Below are positions 59,201 through 64,000 of a stretch of 64,000 bases of DNA, piece after piece. Position numbers and translations under genes: made by a program. Positions within the stretch are counted from its first letter, which is position 1. Each line of letters begins with the position of its first letter. This stretch comes from Opitutia bacterium (GTDB taxonomy: Bacteria > Verrucomicrobiota > Verrucomicrobiia > Opitutales > T3Sed10-336). The DNA lies in NCBI GenBank assembly GCA_050506795.1, contig JBJHCF010000019.1, positions 24,675 to 88,674 on the forward strand. Reading direction: 5' to 3'. The notes under the pieces were generated by a model. It worked only from the letters and a program-made list of their open reading frames with translations. It did not search any database and was not told where the DNA came from.

Positions 59201-62039
59201 CGGTTACAGTATTCCCGAATCCGGTGAATACGATTACCCTCCCGGAACCCGGGTCCCGGTCGAAGCGCACCCGCTGCATCGACATGTTTTCACCGGTTGG
59301 GCCGGTTCAGTGGCCAATCCGGACGCCCGCGAGACAGAGGTTGTTTTGAACCGGGATCAGCACCTGACCGCCGGGTTTTCTTTGATGCCGCTGGATACAA
59401 CTCCGATGATGGCCGGCGGCAGTTTTCGCAACCTGCTGCTCCTGGACGACAGCGGTCGCCTGCTGCATTTGCAGGGGGATCCTGAATGGATTTCCTCATG
59501 GACCATGATTCGTGAGTCAGGGCGGGTTATGGACCATATTGTGCAAGTGGCCAATGGCATCACTCATTACCTCGCTTTGCATGCCGACGGTTATGTGTAC
59601 TCCTGGGGACGGAATCGAGAAGGTCAATGTGGGCATGGCATGGTCAGTCCCTTCCAATACCCCAACCGCGATGCCGCACCTGTTTTGGGACCGGATGAGA
59701 TGCCGCTCCTGCGAGGGGTACGACAGGTGGCGGCCGGGCACATGCGCAGTCTTGCTCTTGTCGGAGACGGACGGGTGATGCAATGGGGGAATATCAGTGG
59801 TTATGCCGCCGAGATAAGCGACCGGCCGGTTCCATTAATCGATGAAGAAGGGCAGCCGATCGACAGTGTGATTGACATTGCCGCAGGCGGGTCGGAGCTG
59901 GCCGCGGTCCGGGCCGACGGTACGGTGTGGACCTGGAGCGGCACCGAGATTCCTGCCCGTCTGGAAGGAGTCAATAGTGCGGTTAAACTGTCGCTCGGTG
60001 AAAATCACGCTCTCGCCCTGCTCGGTAACGGAAAAGTAGTCGCCTGGGGTGACAATCAGTACGGTCAGTTGGGGCAGGGACACATGGAACCGGTTGCGGG
60101 TCCGGTGACCGTGGCGGGATTGAGCAATATTAAGGCGATTACGGCCGGACCGCATTACAATCTGGCTCTGAATACGGCCGGAGACGTTTTCGCCTGGGGA
60201 GTGAACCGGTCGGGCCAGCTCGGGGATGGAACCCAGGACGATCGCGCCGAACCGGTAAAGCTGACCGGCTTGCCCGAAATTCGGGAAATTGCCGCCATCG
60301 GCGGGTCTTCGGCGACGAATGCCGGCAATACGAGTTTTGCCCTGGATGCCGAGGGCCACCTGTACTACTGGGGTGCGGTCCACACGTTAAACCCGCATAT
60401 GGCTGTGACCCTGCTTCCGAAAAGGGATGATAGGATCAATGCCGGGAATATGGACATTCGATTGGTCAGGCTGGATGTGGATTCTAAAGAGGCGATCGAA
60501 GGCGGGGCGATATTCCCCGAACCGGGTTCCTATGTTTATAATCCGGGCACCGAAATTGAATTGCGGGCGGTGCCTAAGGATGATTACCGTTTTGTCCGAT
60601 GGAGCGACGGTGTCACCAACCCTCGTAGAACACTTGTCCTGGAGAACGATCGTGAGCTGACGGCCGAATTCGTTCTGATAGAACCGACCATGCGGTTGGA
60701 ACATGTCCATGCATTCCCGAATGAACCGGTCGAAATGCGTCTCCTGATGGAGGATGGCAAAGCACCCTACGCCGGGTTCAACGCGGCGTTGCACCTGCCG
60801 CCCGGCATTAACCTGGTACGCGCGTCCCGTGGCCACGATGTCGGCGATGCATTCCGATTCGACTACACGACCCGTCCCGCCCTCGACGGCGGCACTCTCC
60901 TGAGCCTGGTTGCATTCAGTGCCGATGACCATGTTGACGTGCGGAACGGAGAATGGGCGGTATTGACCTTGCGCACGACAAGCCGGGCCGAAGCCGGTAC
61001 CCTTCCGATCTCCTGGGTTGACGGAGGCGCCTGGACCCGCTTTCCCGATGCGGTCCTGGTCCAGGAAGAGGATCTCGACAGAATCAGACCCACACGCCTA
61101 CCGGGTTCGATAACGATTGAAGTTGAGAACCGGGTACATGCCGCATTGCGAATCGCGTCACATCCGGCGGCGGCCGACCGGATGTCACGCGCTGATTTCG
61201 CCGGTTATGTGAGCCGCACGCACTATCACCAGGGTGAACCTTATGTCGGCGAGATTTGGCTCCGCGTAACCGGTTCCGGCAACGCCGGTGTCGAGAGCGC
61301 CTATATGAATCTTGTTATTCGCGATTCGAGTGGAGGGGGTGAAGGACCGATCGCGTTCGACGCGCTACAGCACGGCAACCTCTTCGCTTCGAACCCTGGA
61401 GGGACAATCGAGAATTCATCATTGCGCAACTTCGGTGGCGAGAGCAGGGGCACGAGCAATGCCGGACGCGGCGAATGGGTGCGACTGGGATGGGTGGAAG
61501 TATTACAGGTGGATGAGGCGGCCTTTCATTGGATTAGCCTGTCTGCCGGAGACGAGCCTCCCACCATCGCGGGTTCGGCGGAACTCGATGACATGGCGAT
61601 TCTCGGCAGCCCGGTAACCGTGCGAATACAAAATGACTTGCCCGTGGCTGCCGAGGGTACTCCGCACTGGTGGCTGGATGAATACGGCCTGACGGAATCC
61701 GGAGTTCTGGATTACGACGAAGCCGAAAGAACCGACTTCCGCGGCGACGGTATAACCGCGCGTCAAGCCTATATAGCCGGGATTCATCCCAGGAATTCAG
61801 TGTCGCGTTTTGTCATCACCGAGGTCACGTATGAGGGAAATCAGGACCGAATCTCCTGGCTCGGTGTCGCGGGACGGCGTTATTGGGTTTATCGTGCGAC
61901 CACATTGGTGCAGCCGATCTGGGAGGTGTTGGAAATGAAGGATTCCCATTCGAATGGGGTGATGACATATACACGCGAACACGCTGACGGCACCGAGGTA
62001 AAGAGATTCTACCGTGTCGGCGTCGAGCTGATACCGTAG
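53214..62039 (+). CDS. 2941-aa secreted multidomain C1A (papain-family) protease with FG-GAP, FN3, Kelch, RCC1, InlB-B-like repeats and cohesin-like domains
   Basis: QGGLGSCAAF / SHALTVVGYDD / IVNSWG triad; DxNxDGxxD loops; LWVIGG Kelch blades; AWGxNxxGQLGDG RCC1 blades; six A.P..G(F/Y)RF..W.G-type repeats; RFYRVGV tail; GAGGAG RBS. Confidence 0.88.
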   Translation: MRLLSFVGRNRVPCMKAKVFDPRHAGFAAAACAFFVLFGLPQLATATTDPRATGVRELSDEELAAYHERMYVPDSGLQLMSALPSRHLNIDHLPVVRSQGGLGSCAAFATTYYYKTYQEARENNWLRPDPVTHPGRIASPMWTYNLLPRGASGGVSSYDSLALFVDRGVATWEDMPYSPEGCTETIPEENEIWLRAMNWRASRMGRIPNIDTPSGLAMLKRHLFDGDLAVVTLHRTYRNFDYYPYAEGENGVDNGVYFRDEGSTRESHALTVVGYDDNIEYVDDRTGETRRGALLIVNSWGTNWGVHIDEAGSRGFAWIAYDYLREGGLREEALIMEDRIGYQPKTIAMVGIEANSAFDVGWNPIRLHTRRGERQAFPYLNQQGAVQREFPIDVTDLLEPSVSQLDLRFIHVWGGVPTLTDFYLESLAGDLLIASDETPIRIDSQNDDPYVPGNTISLRAFQKQTTSGLEALRLLKGAAAFADANANGMLDLIATGERYDSVEGTTVPSTTLWLNRGDGTFEPSAAAFPATGGGGVVWSDVNNSATPDLWLATDEDTRLYWNDGNGNFSDSGIRLPAAGSAGGAGYITAIDYNRNGRPDLALVNEDGVFVFQQGTDGSFSPITLDTRGSAVLNHLGDGGSSGTMAWGDLDGDGYPDLLVTGIVDSADQGGAPRTVLYRNNGDDTFAIVEIDLPDLVFSAIAWTDFNNDGIDDLAISGLPADGLGSSVEAVTRIYQGTGEGTLVPIQALDYLPGLYRGGMHWVDLDHSGRRDLLLTGRETFLTGMGVWDTPDHLFPTRLRIWRNRGGKVLEHVEHDLPGVGAGMGVAAPLAIGDVSGDGSVDFFASGTRRQSGTIRDESVIGYLTRNLSVVFRGDGVANAAPTAPTQFEAEVLGDGMVEFSWSGASDDRTPEAGLRYIIRIGTTEGVWDVASGMVQPCNWGKMVRSGVIYNELPAGEIYWSVRTVDAGLAMSEWSATHSLIVPDYPYTPSVWIEFDSYPKYGGTTAPEVAQRVERDSTISVTALPAPGFRFSHWSGDGPDGQTENPLQWSATRQALLQAVFVPNANPATPPWTPVTGEFGVNPSHFATGIAEFQGRLYQLGGHGTTSRDSYVYFADIEAAIQSGNIEWNWDFGNLQAPWSSRSHHGVEVFDNRLWVIGGSGGSRTADQPLNDVWAMDAAGNWTEVTAAADWSRRHQPATVVFQDKLWVIGGREYLGWSSPIQDVWTSGDGANWTLVTDNPPWQAERAVAVNFNGRLYLLIHPVQATVWNPGKRGEVWTTSDGVSWERLSDNGPWGHYFEAVVHQGRIVVATGPDAITGDAGQAVWDSRDGVHWARTTPQPGGDHWSVREYPALTTGGGHVWLVGGRSPAGTVLNDVWHFNRGSLPVGMGELRLTKSPYDGGTVVPSAGVYVDDIGITMPLRAEPAPGFVFDGWDGPVAEPNAAITTVRLDAETEVNARFAPASDPQITEITLNLKVEPANGGFCRLNSTQPAAGVYQITRNVAHSLQAIPEKGFRFSHWSGPVADPQKQVTTVDAGTDIEVTAHFQSQSLAVGVSHTALLRADGTLWVWGEGGAGQSGGGERLRVEGLPPLAERGGVERVAAGDEMTAVLGQRFWNGIRDVLVWGRPWTPTRPAENEWEVEPYTLRLQQGAISQLAAGRQVIMVLDTEGGLWAAGSRTDGMLGGWRAQDHTKDLVAVHGIGGHGRLTDIVDVAVGGGHVLAVDTQGRVLGWGRNHVGQIDPAYADLLETPVVVQNLPAIRSVAVSRDPLNFAPHSYALDSDGQVWQWGAGIDAPEIVGGLPGNIISISAGGRHTLALDADGRIYAWGANGEGQLGDGTRINREIPFEVTHLPPIIETVAGFTHSVALSIDGRVFAWGDDALGAVSGTPGESVLSPLEIEVMHRNESSIAFSLSPQPDYGGTTFPGGRQYYARPGSEVPVLAVPAERYRFSLWGGNVVEMNASQTVAVITGNTGINAYFELRHDADARLTMAVEPAGGGYSIPESGEYDYPPGTRVPVEAHPLHRHVFTGWAGSVANPDARETEVVLNRDQHLTAGFSLMPLDTTPMMAGGSFRNLLLLDDSGRLLHLQGDPEWISSWTMIRESGRVMDHIVQVANGITHYLALHADGYVYSWGRNREGQCGHGMVSPFQYPNRDAAPVLGPDEMPLLRGVRQVAAGHMRSLALVGDGRVMQWGNISGYAAEISDRPVPLIDEEGQPIDSVIDIAAGGSELAAVRADGTVWTWSGTEIPARLEGVNSAVKLSLGENHALALLGNGKVVAWGDNQYGQLGQGHMEPVAGPVTVAGLSNIKAITAGPHYNLALNTAGDVFAWGVNRSGQLGDGTQDDRAEPVKLTGLPEIREIAAIGGSSATNAGNTSFALDAEGHLYYWGAVHTLNPHMAVTLLPKRDDRINAGNMDIRLVRLDVDSKEAIEGGAIFPEPGSYVYNPGTEIELRAVPKDDYRFVRWSDGVTNPRRTLVLENDRELTAEFVLIEPTMRLEHVHAFPNEPVEMRLLMEDGKAPYAGFNAALHLPPGINLVRASRGHDVGDAFRFDYTTRPALDGGTLLSLVAFSADDHVDVRNGEWAVLTLRTTSRAEAGTLPISWVDGGAWTRFPDAVLVQEEDLDRIRPTRLPGSITIEVENRVHAALRIASHPAAADRMSRADFAGYVSRTHYHQGEPYVGEIWLRVTGSGNAGVESAYMNLVIRDSSGGGEGPIAFDALQHGNLFASNPGGTIENSSLRNFGGESRGTSNAGRGEWVRLGWVEVLQVDEAAFHWISLSAGDEPPTIAGSAELDDMAILGSPVTVRIQNDLPVAAEGTPHWWLDEYGLTESGVLDYDEAERTDFRGDGITARQAYIAGIHPRNSVSRFVITEVTYEGNQDRISWLGVAGRRYWVYRATTLVQPIWEVLEMKDSHSNGVMTYTREHADGTEVKRFYRVGVELIP

Positions 62040-62463
62040 GAGGTGTCAATGCATGCACGTATGTTCAGGGTTACCAATAAAAGTTTCTAAACGCGATCGT
62101 GAGCATTTTGGTGGTTTGGCGCCGGTGCAGACGTGAATACGCAAACCCGCACGGTTCCACCGGGCTTACGGAAAGAGAGTGCGGACGAAGGCGCGCACGG
62201 TCGGGAGCAGAACGACGTTGGCTACCGATTGACCTGGAATTTGAGAAGTCAAGACGGTTCAGGCAAGTATCTGTATCGAACCACAAGCCATCGAATGGTG
62301 ATGGGAACAAGGATTCGATGTGTCCTGCGAAGGAATGGGCATGCCTGGATTGGAAGAGTCTGCAGGAGAGACCTTTTAAGGTATTGAATCCGAGTGGGCT
62401 ACCTTATGAATAAAACTGAATAAATAGCTTGATCGTTTTCTTTGAACGGGGTTAAGGTTTTGC

Positions 62464-63510
62464 ATGGCTTCAACGATAACCACGACTAAGCTTGCGGAAC
62501 TCGCCGGGGTTTCCCAGTCCACTGTCTCGCGTGTGATCAATGGTGGGAGCGGAGTTGCTCCTGAAACCGTCCGAGCAGTTCGCGAGGTTATTGAAGAGTC
62601 CGGCTACAAGCCTTTGCGCGGCGGTCGCGGGCGTCCGGCAGGTTCGGGCGGCAATGGCGTAGGGCGGCGCAAGGGGACCGGGACGATTGCCCTGGTGATC
62701 GTGGATGATTATTATCTGCGCCACCCGGTTCTCGCCCTGACCAAGATTCGTGGTGTTCAGCGGGCGGCGAACGAGGCTCGGCTGAACCTGTTGGTGGCGG
62801 AGGTCGGGAAGGACGATCCTCTGCCGCCGCTCTTGGCCGAAGGCAAAGTGGATGGGGTGCTGTTGTGGGGAAATCGCGTCCCGGAACGATTGCGCGATTC
62901 AACCTGCGGTCCGATTGTTTGGCTTTCCAGTCATGCCGGAGATCCGGGTGATGGGGTGCTGCCGGGGAATGAGTTTATTGGTAGGATGGCCGCGGATTAT
63001 CTCCTGGAAAGGGGGCATCGAGAGCTTGCGTATCTCTCTCTTTCAGGTGTTCATCCGGGTTATGAGGCCCGCGGACAAGCGTTTGCGTACTCCGCACACA
63101 TGGGCGGTGCGCAGGTGCAGATGGTGATCGAGGAAAGTCCGCCCGAGATTGAAAGGACTTCCGCTTCGGGAAGGCCTTTGGGGGCGCGGGTATTTAAGCT
63201 GGTGGAACGGCTGCTTGCGTTATCGCCGCGGCCAACAGGGCTCTTTGTTGCCGACGATCAGGTAACCGTGGTGGTCTACATGCATTTGATTGACGCGGGT
63301 ATCCGACCCCAGAAGGATCTGACGATTATTTCCTGCAACAATGAGGAGCCGTACCTGGCGGGATTGCGGCCGAGGCCGGCGACGATCGACCTCGCTCCGG
63401 AGGTGACGGGGAGGCGTGCGATCGAACAGTTGATATGGCGAATGCGCCACCCGCATGAGCAGCGACGGGTTCAGGTCATGGTTGAGCCGATCCTGGTGCC
63501 GGGAGATTGA
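62464..63510 (+). CDS. LacI-family transcriptional regulator
   Basis: LAELAGVSQSTVSRVING, GYKP, YLLERGHRELAY, RPTGLFVADD, ISCNNE, PATIDL. Confidence 0.93.
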   Translation: MASTITTTKLAELAGVSQSTVSRVINGGSGVAPETVRAVREVIEESGYKPLRGGRGRPAGSGGNGVGRRKGTGTIALVIVDDYYLRHPVLALTKIRGVQRAANEARLNLLVAEVGKDDPLPPLLAEGKVDGVLLWGNRVPERLRDSTCGPIVWLSSHAGDPGDGVLPGNEFIGRMAADYLLERGHRELAYLSLSGVHPGYEARGQAFAYSAHMGGAQVQMVIEESPPEIERTSASGRPLGARVFKLVERLLALSPRPTGLFVADDQVTVVVYMHLIDAGIRPQKDLTIISCNNEEPYLAGLRPRPATIDLAPEVTGRRAIEQLIWRMRHPHEQRRVQVMVEPILVPGD

Positions 63511-63948
63511 AGCGTTGCCTCAATACTTGACTGGGGTGTCTCCAGTGTGAGCCCGGGATTGTGCCGACCATCGGATAATGCTGAGTTACCGTGGGCGTGC
63601 GGGTGACGTGGCATTGCCCGTGCCTTCCGGAGGGTTGAAACACGGCGAGAGCAGCTGCTTGCAGGTGATCCCGCTTCGTGTGGCAGTGGGTTTCCGGTGC
63701 TATCCCGGTTCTGAACCCGTTTTCAGAATTCTCCTTTCGTAACGTCTCCAGGCATCAACAGGTTGAACCCTGATTAGGTGTCACTTCTGGGTATCTGCAT
63801 ATTTTGCGTAAAAAATATCTTGCATATTTAGGGATTTAAAATCTGAATAAATTCAATTTGATTCACTCTGAGTACCGATAGGTGGGATGGGGTAAGAGAA
63901 GGAGGATTCCCGGGGCGCTAAGGGATGGGGGGTCGAGGTGAGCGATTT

Positions 63949-64000
63949 ATGAACGAAGAAACGCAAGATTTCAGCCTGATCATCGTAGGGGCGACTCCGG
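63949..64000 (+). CDS. Partial CDS, probable FAD-dependent oxidoreductase N-terminus
   Basis: MNEETQDFSLIIVGATP(G) Rossmann start; GAGGTG upstream; cut by the window edge. Confidence 0.5.
   Translation, partial: MNEETQDFSLIIVGATP

Noticed and set aside
62040..62460. Intergenic gap with short ORFs, possible sRNA
   Set aside because: No recognisable motif, RBS-linked ORF or stable structure

Overview
GC-rich bacterial chromosome segment. The gene inventory (PVC-type heme-binding dehydrogenase, DUF1080, FG-GAP proteins, CE15 esterase, 'FYRV'-ending C-terminal domains) suggests a PVC-superphylum organism, probably Verrucomicrobiota; this is inference. The left third is mostly housekeeping: azurin-like lipoprotein, tlyA, mazG, hemF-hemE, alr, murE-hisI, acyl-CoA ligase, BASS transporter, GlcD-like oxidase, and an S55 peptidase plus beta-propeller pair. 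The middle holds a decaying carbohydrate locus, aspS, a ggt / ATP-grasp / M20 peptidase / ADP-ribosylglycohydrolase cluster, two Hsp20 genes and a CheB-CheR-kinase with its response regulator. The right third holds a hicAB pair that looks like a solitary integron cassette, REP hairpins with a RAYT remnant, and the best candidate for a new system. That candidate is a two-gene operon (50692-62039) encoding a dockerin-bearing HEXXH metalloprotease and a 2941-aa papain-family protease with FG-GAP, FN3, Kelch, RCC1 and cohesin-like modules, i.e. a possible cellulosome-like proteolytic complex. I saw no rRNA, tRNA or CRISPR array. All calls come from manual motif recognition; no searches were run, and several start codons are my choice among alternatives.
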